Below are positions 27,558 to 37,293 of a DNA stretch of 64,000 nucleotides, in pieces. A program made the translations under genes and the position numbers. The stretch comes from a virus (taxonomy: Duplodnaviria > Caudoviricetes): IMG/VR virus record IMGVR_UViG_3300035491_000281; one strand, written 5' to 3'. The notes below the pieces were generated by a model that saw nothing but the letters and a program-made list of their open reading frames with translations, did not search any database and was not told the origin of the DNA. The first letter of the stretch is position 1. The number at the start of each line of letters is the position of its first letter.

Positions 27558-29696
27558 TTAAGAGGCTTGGTAGTGACCCAGGTCGTTATCCGGCGGGGTG
27601 GGGTTGTCTACCGCGAACTGGTAACGGCGCAATCCCACACAGGCGGTGTTGAGGCGGATGTACGCCATCGAATCCGGCTTCACCTGTACCGCGACTGTGG
27701 GGTCGATATGCAGGTGAGTGTCGGTCGCGGCCGTCAGCTCGGTTGGCGGGAACAGCCAGTCGTCGCCGATCCGATACCCATGGGCGTGGTGGCTATGCTT
27801 GTGCAGCACGCTGATTCGCCCGCTCGGGACCGTGAACCGCGAGCGGGAATCGGCCGCAACATCCCCCAATCGAATGGCCGGCATGCCGATGAAGCGGAAA
27901 TCGGCATGGTTAATGTTGCGCAAGTATTGCACCGAATAGGAGCTCAACTGCCCCATCAGCTGCAACATAGCCCGTTGGATCTCCGAGAGGGTGACCCGTG
28001 TAACCAGGTTCGCTCCGGTGGCCGCCTGCACGCAATCGGCAAACAACTGATCCAGATCCATCGGCGAGAGGTCGGCAACCTCATACCCGTTGTCCTTGAA
28101 CCACTGTTCGAAACTCAACACCTCATCCACCAGCGGACACATCTGGTGTTTGAAATGCCGCCGTACGACGTTCTCCAGCATTCCCCGGCTCAGGTAGTGT
28201 TCCTGGAAGGAGTACAGTTCCCAGAGCTTGAGGTATTCCTGGTGCAGGTTGGCGCAGGCGCTGTAGAATCGCTCCGTGGTGATGTACTCACCCAGTGGTG
28301 TGATGCGGTCCTGAATGGCCTGGATCAGTCCGTCCCGCACGTAGCGTCGGTCCACCAGTCGTTCCAGTTCGGTGTGGTTAGGTAGAGGATCACGCAGTAC
28401 CTCGTAGGCGATCATCCGCGGGATACTATCCAGTACGATCCCCCGCGCTTTGGTAAACGCATAGAGGGCGACAATAAAGGTATCTCGCACTGAGAGGTTC
28501 ATGTACTCGCCAGTCACCGGGTTGGTGACGTTGACGTAAGCTCGATAGCGCCCTTTGCTGGCCAGGTACAGCCATTCGTTGAGCAGCACATGTTCCAGCG
28601 ACCGCACCGAACTGTTGGTCCGGTCGACCACCTCCGACTCCAAGACTTTGGTGGGGAGGGTACTGAAACGGTCACTGCGGAAAGTTTCCCGGATCTCCAC
28701 CTCGGCCGCGGCCTGTACCGCGGCGTTATCCCGGGCGATGTCACGCTCGCGATTGAGTATCGTATGAACCTCCGCCCGGTCCAGCCCGCTTTGGTTGTAG
28801 CCAAAGTTGATGGGGTATTTGACCATCTCGACGTCAGGGTACAGCTGCTCAGGTAGCTGTTCGACATTGTGCTGCAGGCGATACCAGGTCAACGGTAGTC
28901 CGCGCGGGGTCAGCAGATTGGCAATCAAGCGGTCGAAGATCTCCTGCTTGCCGACGTTGCGCTTGATAAAGCGGATATTGCGATACAACCACAGCTGTTG
29001 GGCTTTGGTCAGGTACGGCAGATACTCGTCCAGGCGCCCGTTGGATGCTAGGTACTCGCGGATGTGAAAACTGTGGGCTTGGGGGGTCTTAGCGTTACGC
29101 AGTCGCAGCAACTGAATCACAGTCGGTAACTGGGCGTATAGCACCCCAAGGAATGCCGGCAGGTACAGGTCATCGGTGAGGATGTACTGACTGTTGTACC
29201 AGCGACTAAAGAAGGCATACAACCAGGCCTGCAGATTCGGCATCAGGTTGGCCTCGTTACCCTCGACGTGTGTCGGATCGTAGTACAAAAGTTCCCCATC
29301 TTGTGCATTCATCGCCCGGGTTTTATCTACTGGCGAGAGAATCCCATTGATCAGCGCGGCTTGATTTGGGAACTTACGCACCAGATCCCGATAGTACCGA
29401 CTGCCCGGTTGGTAATCACGTGCAGTGGCGCGGTGGCGGCGTAGGTTCTCCTTGCTGAACTCGATTTCTTCCAGGGTGTCCATCGAGCGCACCGTCATGC
29501 GTTGATCGCTGACATGGTACTCCCCGGCCAAGTTCATGTAGTATTTCCAGGTCTCGGGTCGATCCGGATCAACCGGGTACCCCAGTAGTTTTAGTTCGTT
29601 GTTCAGGGTATCGGCTACGGCCCCGCATTTAATCACGAGCGTTCGTGTCAAGGCCAGAACGTCATCGAGATACAGCTGGTAATAGACTCTGCTCAT
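27558..29696 (-). CDS. Virion structural (putative baseplate/tail) protein, phiKZ gp128 position, about 712 aa
   Basis: Long ORF divergent from the portal gene; WKYYMNLAGEYH motif. Confidence 0.7.
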   Translation of the reverse strand: MSRVYYQLYLDDVLALTRTLVIKCGAVADTLNNELKLLGYPVDPDRPETWKYYMNLAGEYHVSDQRMTVRSMDTLEEIEFSKENLRRHRATARDYQPGSRYYRDLVRKFPNQAALINGILSPVDKTRAMNAQDGELLYYDPTHVEGNEANLMPNLQAWLYAFFSRWYNSQYILTDDLYLPAFLGVLYAQLPTVIQLLRLRNAKTPQAHSFHIREYLASNGRLDEYLPYLTKAQQLWLYRNIRFIKRNVGKQEIFDRLIANLLTPRGLPLTWYRLQHNVEQLPEQLYPDVEMVKYPINFGYNQSGLDRAEVHTILNRERDIARDNAAVQAAAEVEIRETFRSDRFSTLPTKVLESEVVDRTNSSVRSLEHVLLNEWLYLASKGRYRAYVNVTNPVTGEYMNLSVRDTFIVALYAFTKARGIVLDSIPRMIAYEVLRDPLPNHTELERLVDRRYVRDGLIQAIQDRITPLGEYITTERFYSACANLHQEYLKLWELYSFQEHYLSRGMLENVVRRHFKHQMCPLVDEVLSFEQWFKDNGYEVADLSPMDLDQLFADCVQAATGANLVTRVTLSEIQRAMLQLMGQLSSYSVQYLRNINHADFRFIGMPAIRLGDVAADSRSRFTVPSGRISVLHKHSHHAHGYRIGDDWLFPPTELTAATDTHLHIDPTVAVQVKPDSMAYIRLNTACVGLRRYQFAVDNPTPPDNDLGHYQAS

Positions 29697-29737
29697 GTTC
29701 AAACCTTAAGAGTAATCGTAAAGAAGGAGGACGGCCC

Positions 29738-32386
29738 ATGGCTGTTCGTGATACGAAATCCCAGTTTCCTAAACTGGCCTATACCCGCAATACCCCGGAC
29801 AACGTCAGGGCAGTTATGTCCAAGCTGGTGACCGAACCGGGTAAAGGCAACGCCGGACGCCGTGGCGATCAAAAGCAGGTGCGTGTGTCGCGGGATATGT
29901 TCGAGCGTCTGTCTCGGCAGACCGCCCAGGACAGCATCGACGCCTCCTCGGTTTTCCAACTGCTACCGGACACAGAGTTGGCCGAGCAGATTCTGGTGGG
30001 TAGCATTCTCTCCCCGAAAGACATGTCCACGGTGGACCTGAACTTCACGGTGGCCAATCCGGAATTCGACAGCGAAATCTCCCGCCCTATGCTGGCGGTG
30101 TTCGAGCAGCATTTCAAGCACGACTATAAAATAGACGACCGCCTGGACCTTCAGCTCGAAGAAATCCTGTTTACCAAGGGTGCACACATCCTGGCGGTCC
30201 TGCCGGAAAACAATCTCGACGTTATTATCAACGGCAATACCAGCCGTAAACTGTCGATGGAGCATTTCCACCAGGCGGTGGGTCGGATTCGTGACGGGCG
30301 TCCGATGGGGTTGTTGGGGCACCCGCGTCAGGCGCAAGTGTCGATGGAAACCTTCCGCGACCGCACCGGTACCGCAGATAAGATCCAAGTGGCCCTGAAG
30401 GGCGGTAAGGGCAGTCCGTTTGAGATGCCGGGCATCCAAGTGACCGACAACTTCGACGTCCTGAAAACTCCCGCGATTTACCGCCGGGCGCGGGAACGCT
30501 CAATCGCTGACAAACTCAATCGTCACAACGTGTCGATGGAGGCCGCTACGCAGGGGCTAACCCCCGAGCAGATCGACCAGCTCTACCAACCCCGCGGACA
30601 GGGCGGTCAGCCCACTCAGGTGGTGACCTCTCAGACATACATGGATCGACCCACCGTAGGTCACCCACTGGTGTTGAAGCTACCGATTGAATCTGTGATC
30701 CCGGTGCACGTTCCGGGTCAGCCGGACGAGCACATTGGTTACTTCGTGATGATCGACCGTAACGGCCGCCCGGTGGTGCGCGACGAAGATCGCGACTACT
30801 ACGGTGAGCTGCGCAGCAACTTCACCAGTAACAGCAAGGACAGCTCGTCGGAGCTGGTACGGCGTACCAAGGAAGCCATGGGGGCGGCGCAACAGGAGAA
30901 CGGGCTGGAGTTCGACCAAATCCACGAGGCCTACTCGACCATCATCGAGAATGACCTGCTCAATCGTCTGCGCAACGGCATCTACGGTGAAGATTTCGAG
31001 CTGGGCTTTACCGAGGACGTTTACCGGATCATGTTGTATCGCTCACTGAAAGCGCAGCAGACCCAACTGCTGTACATTCCGGTAGAGCTGGTGACGTACA
31101 TGGCCTTCTCCTACAACGGTAACGGGATCGGCACTACCCTACTGACGCAGTCGAAGATCCTGGCTTCCATGCGCAGCGTCTTGTTGTTTGCCGACACCAT
31201 GGCCGGGGTGCGTAACGCGATTGGTCGTAAACGCGCCAGCATCAGTGTGGACGGTGACGACCAGGACCCGGAGAAGACCATCTCGGACATCCAGACCGCA
31301 ATTCTGGAAGGGGCGCACCGCGGCTTTCCGTTGGGCTCACCTGACCCAGGCATGACGCTGGATTACCTCAACCGGGCGGGGTTTGATTTCAGCATTAACG
31401 TTGAGTCGGACCATTACCCCAACACCAAGGTGGAGTTTGACGACCACACCTCGAACTCGCAGGCAGGCAACCCCGAACTGCAAGATCGACTGCGCCGCAT
31501 GCACATCTCGGGCATGGGGATTAATCCGGAACTGGTTGACCCGACCAGCAGCCCAGATTTCGCGGTGAGTGTGGTCAACAACAACCTGATGATGACCCGG
31601 CGGGTGATGCGCTATCAGAAGCTGTTTACGGCCTTCCAGACCAAGTTCGTACAGACCTACGCGCGTCACTCTTCGATCCTGCGTGAACGACTGTTGGCGG
31701 TGGTAGTGGAGCAGAAGAAACTGCTTTCGCCGGAGCAGCGGAAGAAGGAACCGGTGGAAATTGTCGATGAATTTATCGATGCCATCGAGACCATCCTGCC
31801 GGCTCCTGACACCACCCGCATCGAACAACAGGCCCAGGCCTTCCAGAATTACAGCAGTCTGCTGGATCAAGCGTTGGACGCCTATATCACGGCGGATCTG
31901 TTCCCGGCTGAGATCCTGGCCCGCGACAGCTCGATCGTCGATCACACGATCGCGGTGATCAAGGCTTACTACCTGCGTCTGTGGCTCAACCGCAACAATG
32001 TGATGCCGGAGCTTGACGCGTTGATCGAGATGGACGGCAAGAAGCCGGTGTTCAGTCTGTTGGATGTTCAGGAAGGGCAGATCGGTTCGCTGGGTAGTGC
32101 CATTCAGGAATACATCGATGGGGTACTCAAGCTGAAGGAGAAATGGGAGAAACAAAACGCGGAATCCGAATCCGATAAACCGGAACTGGAGCAAGACCCT
32201 GAACCAGCGGTAGCTGACGAGCCGGAGTCGTTGGAGGATGACAACCTGTTCGCCGAGACAATCTCAGACGAGCCGGAGCTGGAATCCGAAGAGGAAGCCG
32301 AACTTAACGCTGACGCCGAGCAGGAAACCCCCGAGTCGGAGGAAGTCGACAGTGACGCTGAGGACGAGGAAGAACCTAAACTCTAA
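29738..32386 (+). CDS. Portal protein (phiKZ gp129-like), 882 aa
   Basis: AAGGAGG RBS; size and synteny; three N-terminal SME prohead-protease sites; highly acidic C-terminal tail. Confidence 0.8.
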   Translation: MAVRDTKSQFPKLAYTRNTPDNVRAVMSKLVTEPGKGNAGRRGDQKQVRVSRDMFERLSRQTAQDSIDASSVFQLLPDTELAEQILVGSILSPKDMSTVDLNFTVANPEFDSEISRPMLAVFEQHFKHDYKIDDRLDLQLEEILFTKGAHILAVLPENNLDVIINGNTSRKLSMEHFHQAVGRIRDGRPMGLLGHPRQAQVSMETFRDRTGTADKIQVALKGGKGSPFEMPGIQVTDNFDVLKTPAIYRRARERSIADKLNRHNVSMEAATQGLTPEQIDQLYQPRGQGGQPTQVVTSQTYMDRPTVGHPLVLKLPIESVIPVHVPGQPDEHIGYFVMIDRNGRPVVRDEDRDYYGELRSNFTSNSKDSSSELVRRTKEAMGAAQQENGLEFDQIHEAYSTIIENDLLNRLRNGIYGEDFELGFTEDVYRIMLYRSLKAQQTQLLYIPVELVTYMAFSYNGNGIGTTLLTQSKILASMRSVLLFADTMAGVRNAIGRKRASISVDGDDQDPEKTISDIQTAILEGAHRGFPLGSPDPGMTLDYLNRAGFDFSINVESDHYPNTKVEFDDHTSNSQAGNPELQDRLRRMHISGMGINPELVDPTSSPDFAVSVVNNNLMMTRRVMRYQKLFTAFQTKFVQTYARHSSILRERLLAVVVEQKKLLSPEQRKKEPVEIVDEFIDAIETILPAPDTTRIEQQAQAFQNYSSLLDQALDAYITADLFPAEILARDSSIVDHTIAVIKAYYLRLWLNRNNVMPELDALIEMDGKKPVFSLLDVQEGQIGSLGSAIQEYIDGVLKLKEKWEKQNAESESDKPELEQDPEPAVADEPESLEDDNLFAETISDEPELESEEEAELNADAEQETPESEEVDSDAEDEEEPKL

Positions 32387-32392
32387 CGTCTG

Positions 32393-32435
32393 ACGACATA
32401 GACCCTCCCCCGGTTGGGGGAGGGCTTTATGCCGT
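32393..32435. terminator. ACGGCATA palindrome at a convergent junction
   Basis: Reverse complement is near-identical to the 26171 element. Confidence 0.75.
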
Positions 32436-32487
32436 TACGTGGTCATCAACTCCAAGCAGGACTGCCATGAGTAGAGGGCTTGTGTTG

Positions 32488-33381
32488 TTACAATACCAAT
32501 TCCAGCACCGGTCGCCACAAGCTAGAGTCCTGTGCAGTGCCGTTGCCTAAGTTACTGGTAGCTATTAGACTGGTACTACCGCGAACCACCCTGTGCGTGC
32601 TACTGTATATATCCTGAGTGTGGTTCCACCCGGCGTTACCTTTAGTCAGATCAGCTGCCGGAATATCGTCCCATTTAATCGGGTTATCCACACCAACCAA
32701 CGTGGGTACCAACATACGGTCCCATTCAGACAGCTCGGTGGGACGCAAAGTGCTAGCGATAGGGTCAGTGGGACTGTTGGTCCCGATCGCAAGCCGCACC
32801 TTAAACGTGTGCTCGCCCTTGGTGACCAGTTTCAGCTGATTGACTTGCGTGGTATCACTTCGTCCGCCTGGTCCTGGACCATCCACGCCGTACACCAAGC
32901 CGGCTACATACAGCTGTAGCCATGACATGTTGGAGCGCAGGGGGCCATCGGGGAAGAAGAGAATCTTACCGTCGATTGCAAACTTGAGCCAGTTGGTAGC
33001 GAGGTTGAGTACGGTTCCGATCGTAAACCCGCAAAGGGTCGACAATTCGGACGCGTTGAACAACTCACTCAGCGGTACCATGCCGAAGTACCCGTTGACG
33101 AAATCCCCACGTAAAGGTTTCAGCGGACCAGGACCGGTGTTCGGATACACCCCGATGACTTCTTCTCGGGAGACAGCTTCGTCCACCCCCTTAAAGACAC
33201 CAAAACGGTAATAGTAAACCTTGTTGCGTTCTGCCGTCTCGTCAACGAAGGTGGTGACGCCTGGGCCTACAGTAGCGAGCGGTGCCGGCAGTGCGTTCAA
33301 CGCCATCGGCGTGAGGCTGCGGTAAATGCGAGTGCCTTCGGAGCCAATGTTCCGATCCACCCAATTTAGTGTTACGGGCAT
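32488..33381 (-). CDS. Mtd-like paralog, class B (FN3-like N-terminus), 297 aa
   Basis: LNWVDRN..RIYR..YYYRF; GPGP..G.FG; WLKF..GKILF; WRPVLELVL. Confidence 0.7.
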   Translation of the reverse strand: MPVTLNWVDRNIGSEGTRIYRSLTPMALNALPAPLATVGPGVTTFVDETAERNKVYYYRFGVFKGVDEAVSREEVIGVYPNTGPGPLKPLRGDFVNGYFGMVPLSELFNASELSTLCGFTIGTVLNLATNWLKFAIDGKILFFPDGPLRSNMSWLQLYVAGLVYGVDGPGPGGRSDTTQVNQLKLVTKGEHTFKVRLAIGTNSPTDPIASTLRPTELSEWDRMLVPTLVGVDNPIKWDDIPAADLTKGNAGWNHTQDIYSSTHRVVRGSTSLIATSNLGNGTAQDSSLWRPVLELVL

Positions 33382-33392
33382 GTTAGTTCCCC

Positions 33393-34358
33393 TTAGATGG
33401 ACAGATTAAGCGCGACGCTTGGGATGTACTCCAACACTGGTCGCCAGGCCATAGTACCGCTGGAAGTGGTAATAGCATACGATCCATGAAAAGTCAAGGC
33501 ACGCTCATCGGAAAAGGCGTGGGTACCGCGAAGCAGGTGGTTACCGGTATCCCCCACGATCAATTCCTGACACGGCGTGTTATAAAGCGAGTGGAAGTCA
33601 GTACGGGTGCGGTTACTCCAGTTGATGGTTTTCTGCGTACTCGGTACCCACGACATCAATGGATAAATCAGATCGTCCCATTCCGAGCCGAGAGTTGCCA
33701 AGGATGGAAGCGTGGCGTCCGTCGGTACAACGAACCCGCCATCGGAACGAGCCGGTCCACCGGTTGGGAGGCGCACCAGGAACGAATCCAGACCGAGCTG
33801 AATGATCCGCTTCTGGTTAACACCGGCACCGGTATAAATACCTGGTCCGTTATCGTCCCGACCGTAGACTAACCCGAGGTCGTAGAACTGCTTCCAGCTA
33901 ATGCCGGTGCGCAGGTGGGTTTCGGGGATAAACAACACCCGCCCTTTACGGGCAAATTTATGCCAGATGGGGTTGGGGTTGGTGTTCAGTGTACCCGTGG
34001 TTAAACCCACCTTACCGCTGACCTGGTCGGCGGTAAAGAAGTCACTGGCCAGTACCGTACCAAAATAACCCAACTCGTAGTTGCCATACGCCAATTGCTT
34101 AGGGCCGGGTCCCGAATAAGGTAGGGCGTAAGCCTCGTGGTTCTTCGATACCGTGCGGTCATTGGCGCTGATTGTCTCGAACACATAGTAGTAACGCGCA
34201 CCGCGGGTGACGTTGGTATCAACCCAGCTGGTCTCACCACTACTTAGGGTAGCCACCGGCGTACCCAGTGCGTCGCGGTTTACCGGGGTATTACCCCGAT
34301 AGATGTTTACGGTCACCGGAACCGCATTCAGGTTGTTCCATTTCAATTCAAGCTGCAT
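33393..34358 (-). CDS. Mtd-like paralog, class B, 321 aa
   Basis: LKWNNLN..NIYR..YYYVF; same core; WRPVLEY. Confidence 0.7.
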   Translation of the reverse strand: MQLELKWNNLNAVPVTVNIYRGNTPVNRDALGTPVATLSSGETSWVDTNVTRGARYYYVFETISANDRTVSKNHEAYALPYSGPGPKQLAYGNYELGYFGTVLASDFFTADQVSGKVGLTTGTLNTNPNPIWHKFARKGRVLFIPETHLRTGISWKQFYDLGLVYGRDDNGPGIYTGAGVNQKRIIQLGLDSFLVRLPTGGPARSDGGFVVPTDATLPSLATLGSEWDDLIYPLMSWVPSTQKTINWSNRTRTDFHSLYNTPCQELIVGDTGNHLLRGTHAFSDERALTFHGSYAITTSSGTMAWRPVLEYIPSVALNLSI

Positions 34359-34372
34359 AGCTAAACCCTTCC

Positions 34373-35329
34373 TTAACTAACGGTGTAGTCAACCAACCCA
34401 GGCGGGTAGAGACCGCTCGCGTAGTCGTAATTGATGGTGTTGATGGTCACGACACTACCATCAACACTGTAGTCCACCAGACCCACTTCCATCATCGTCT
34501 CACTGTTCGACATAAGCCCAACCGGATCGAAAAGGAACTGGTCGTTTGGAATCAACTCCAAACAAGGACGCCACCCCAAGCCATTTGCAGTGGCGGTTTG
34601 GGCGTAACTGGAAAACACATCGCCCCGCCGCACAACCCGACTACTGGTGCCGGCGGCGGTGTTCTCTTGGGTAAATGAGTTTAGACCAAATCCGCTATAA
34701 TTAAGATCACCGTCAGTAAACGCCGCCCAGTTGCGTTTCTGAGGGTCGCCAGTCCAGATAGGTACCATCAGATCGTTCCATTCGCCACCACTGACGGTGG
34801 AGGGGTTCTCTACCGCACCAGTTAGCAAACGGACCCGAAAGGCATCTTCGCCAATAACCACACGACTTCCCTGGTCGGCGGTAACACCGCCGGTCGCCGC
34901 AAACGGCCCCACGCCATCCACCCCGTAAACGGCTCCTGCGAGATAAATCGCGTCCCAAGTCACCGTGTTACGGAAGGTCAGCATCGGGACGAATAGGATC
35001 TTACCTTTGTGGATGAACTTCAGCCAGCGGCTGTCGGTGTTTTGTTTGTTTCCAGAGGAGAGACCAATGGCCGCAGCTAGTGTTTCGCCATTGATAAAAT
35101 CACTGGAATCCAGCGTACCGAAGAACCCCGAATTCATGGTTCCGCCCTGGAGCACGCGGGGACCTGGACCAAAGTCAAAGTTGGATTTGGTGGCAACCTG
35201 AAAACCACCTGGCGTCACCCCATCATGGATGCGCAACGTGAAATCGTCGATATTCACCGTCAATGTGCCGGCGGGTAACAGCGCACGGTTGTTGGCTTCT
35301 GTGTTACCGCGCAATAATCGCGTTCTCAT
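34373..35329 (-). CDS. Mtd-like paralog, class A, 318 aa
   Basis: LRGNT...RIHDGVTPGGF; core; WRPCLEL plus a C-terminal extension. Confidence 0.7.
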   Translation of the reverse strand: MRTRLLRGNTEANNRALLPAGTLTVNIDDFTLRIHDGVTPGGFQVATKSNFDFGPGPRVLQGGTMNSGFFGTLDSSDFINGETLAAAIGLSSGNKQNTDSRWLKFIHKGKILFVPMLTFRNTVTWDAIYLAGAVYGVDGVGPFAATGGVTADQGSRVVIGEDAFRVRLLTGAVENPSTVSGGEWNDLMVPIWTGDPQKRNWAAFTDGDLNYSGFGLNSFTQENTAAGTSSRVVRRGDVFSSYAQTATANGLGWRPCLELIPNDQFLFDPVGLMSNSETMMEVGLVDYSVDGSVVTINTINYDYASGLYPPGLVDYTVS

Positions 35330-35385
35330 AGTAAACCTTCTTTATGTTGAGTTCGTGGACTCATACCATCGGTGTCTGCCCGGCT

Positions 35386-35414
35386 AAAAGGCCACTCCTT
35401 TTGGGGGAGTGGCC
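35386..35414 (-). terminator. Intrinsic terminator separating the two A-B-B cassettes
   Basis: Minus strand GGCCACTCC-CCCAAAA-GGAGTGGCC-TTTT. Confidence 0.7.
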
Positions 35415-35420
35415 TGGAGG

Positions 35421-36305
35421 TTACAGCACCAGTTCTAGCACTGGGCGGAACGACTGGTTACCACTGTTCGTAACAGCCGCGTTGTTGGTTGTGGTGAAAT
35501 TACCATTCGCTGAGGTTAAGGCATAGGTGCCGTTGCACTCAGCAAACCAATTGTAAAGATACCCGCTCGGGAAAAACTCAGCCTTACCGTAGTCACTCCA
35601 CTTGGGCTCGCTATTGACAGAGCTGTCGCGACACAGAGGAGTGACAAGCTTATGCCATTCAGAGTTAAAGTCTTCACCTGCCGTTGAATAAACCCCATCG
35701 GACTTTGCGCGAGGTAGTCTTACGATGAACTCATCCGCACCCTTAACGACGGTGCGCATTTGATTGACGCCCGGACTACCACTCGGTGGGGTACCCACCC
35801 CATCCACACCATACGCCAACCCGCGGTCGTACAGCTGCTGCCAGGAAACTGACTGGCGCGAGGAGACCTGCGGGATGAACAGGATCTTGCCTTGGAAGAT
35901 AAACTTGTGCCAACGATCACGATCGACGACTGTTGTGGGCGTGCCTTCCACCAATCCCAGCGTGGCGCAGAGTTCATCGGCACCGATAAACTCACCTGGG
36001 GCTAATTCCCCGAAGTAACCGCGTTCGTAATCTCCACGTAAGGGCTTCTGGCGGCCAGGTCCGGTGTAGGGCATGTTAGCCAACACTTTAATCGGCGAAA
36101 TCACTACATCGGTACCTTTAACGATCCCCAACGCGTAGTAGTACACCACGTTCAGCAAGGCGGTGGTATCATCGTAAAAGTCGGCGTTGGTAACCACCCC
36201 AATAGGTTCTGGGGGATTGGCCGTGTCAAACCGCGTTGTGGCGCGATAAATGCGAATCTCATCGTACGCGGTATTACGGTTGTTCCAGTTCAGTCGAATT
36301 GTCAT
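35421..36305 (-). CDS. Mtd-like paralog, class B, 294 aa
   Basis: LNWNNRN..RIYR..YYYAL; core; FRPVLELVL. Confidence 0.7.
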   Translation of the reverse strand: MTIRLNWNNRNTAYDEIRIYRATTRFDTANPPEPIGVVTNADFYDDTTALLNVVYYYALGIVKGTDVVISPIKVLANMPYTGPGRQKPLRGDYERGYFGELAPGEFIGADELCATLGLVEGTPTTVVDRDRWHKFIFQGKILFIPQVSSRQSVSWQQLYDRGLAYGVDGVGTPPSGSPGVNQMRTVVKGADEFIVRLPRAKSDGVYSTAGEDFNSEWHKLVTPLCRDSSVNSEPKWSDYGKAEFFPSGYLYNWFAECNGTYALTSANGNFTTTNNAAVTNSGNQSFRPVLELVL

Positions 36306-36308
36306 GGC

Positions 36309-37283
36309 TTATACCCCTGTGCTCACTTCAACGTTGTCTACCAGTTCCAACACCGGCCACCAACTCTGGTTAGCGTCGGTAAGGTTAATGACACTGTATT
36401 GTTCCCATATCCCGCGGTTGTCCGCGGAGTTGTTAACACGCAGGCACATCGTCTGCGTTTTCGCCGCATTGAGTTCCTGCGAATAGCTAAAAGAACCAGC
36501 AGCACCAGAGTTAAGTCCGAGCTCGCCACCTGCCAACTGCGCGATGTTAATCGCTCGTTGGGCTCGTGGTGCGAAGATAGCCAATGGGTACAGGAAATCA
36601 GCGACTTCACTGTACTCGCGATACGCCTGAATCGTGGTATTTGAGGCATCGGCGGGAATCAAGCGGTCGGGATTGTTACGGTCGTCGATACCCGTGGGCA
36701 GGCGCACGATAAAGCGATCCAGACCCTTCTCGACGATCTTTAGCTGGTTGACGGGCGTCCCGAGGTTTTGGGGTCCAGGGCCATCGACTCCATACACCAA
36801 GCCCAGGTTGTAGAGCTCGCTCCAGCGGACCCTATAGAACAAGGCACGCCGCGGGAAGTAGCAAATCTTACCGTTACGTGCCCATTTATCCCACATGGGA
36901 CTGGCGACGATCTCCGTACCTACGGTCAGACCCACCGCCGCTTTCAGCTCGGGCCCGCTGAATAGCATGGAACTGGGCACTTGACCGAAGTAGCCGTAAC
37001 TCATGTCGCCAAACTGGAGTTCCTGTGGGCCGGGACCACTACGGGGTACCGCTTGGACTTCCAGCGGTTTGGAGTAGACCGTTTCATTGGCCCCGATCGT
37101 TTCGAAGGTGTAGTAGTAAGTGGCGTTACGGACAACATTGTTGTCGACCCATTCCACTTCCCCGTTAATCAACTCCACCAGCGGCGTACCCAACAGGTCG
37201 TTGGTCACCGGAGTGTCGTTACGGTAAATCCGGGTGGTGACCGGCTGGCTGTTGAGGTTAACCCATTTCAGCTTGATAAACAT
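36309..37283 (-). CDS. Mtd-like paralog, class B, 324 aa
   Basis: LKWVNLN..RIYR..YYYTF; core; WWPVLEL. Confidence 0.7.
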   Translation of the reverse strand: MFIKLKWVNLNSQPVTTRIYRNDTPVTNDLLGTPLVELINGEVEWVDNNVVRNATYYYTFETIGANETVYSKPLEVQAVPRSGPGPQELQFGDMSYGYFGQVPSSMLFSGPELKAAVGLTVGTEIVASPMWDKWARNGKICYFPRRALFYRVRWSELYNLGLVYGVDGPGPQNLGTPVNQLKIVEKGLDRFIVRLPTGIDDRNNPDRLIPADASNTTIQAYREYSEVADFLYPLAIFAPRAQRAINIAQLAGGELGLNSGAAGSFSYSQELNAAKTQTMCLRVNNSADNRGIWEQYSVINLTDANQSWWPVLELVDNVEVSTGV

Positions 37284-37293
37284 GTAAGACTCC

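Noticed and set aside
29645-29737. ORF-track upstream extensions (also 2794, 16813, 26769, 44544, 47821, 48269, 48573, 62394)
   Set aside because: Better RBS-ATG pairs lie downstream, and the extensions overlap neighbouring genes or terminators
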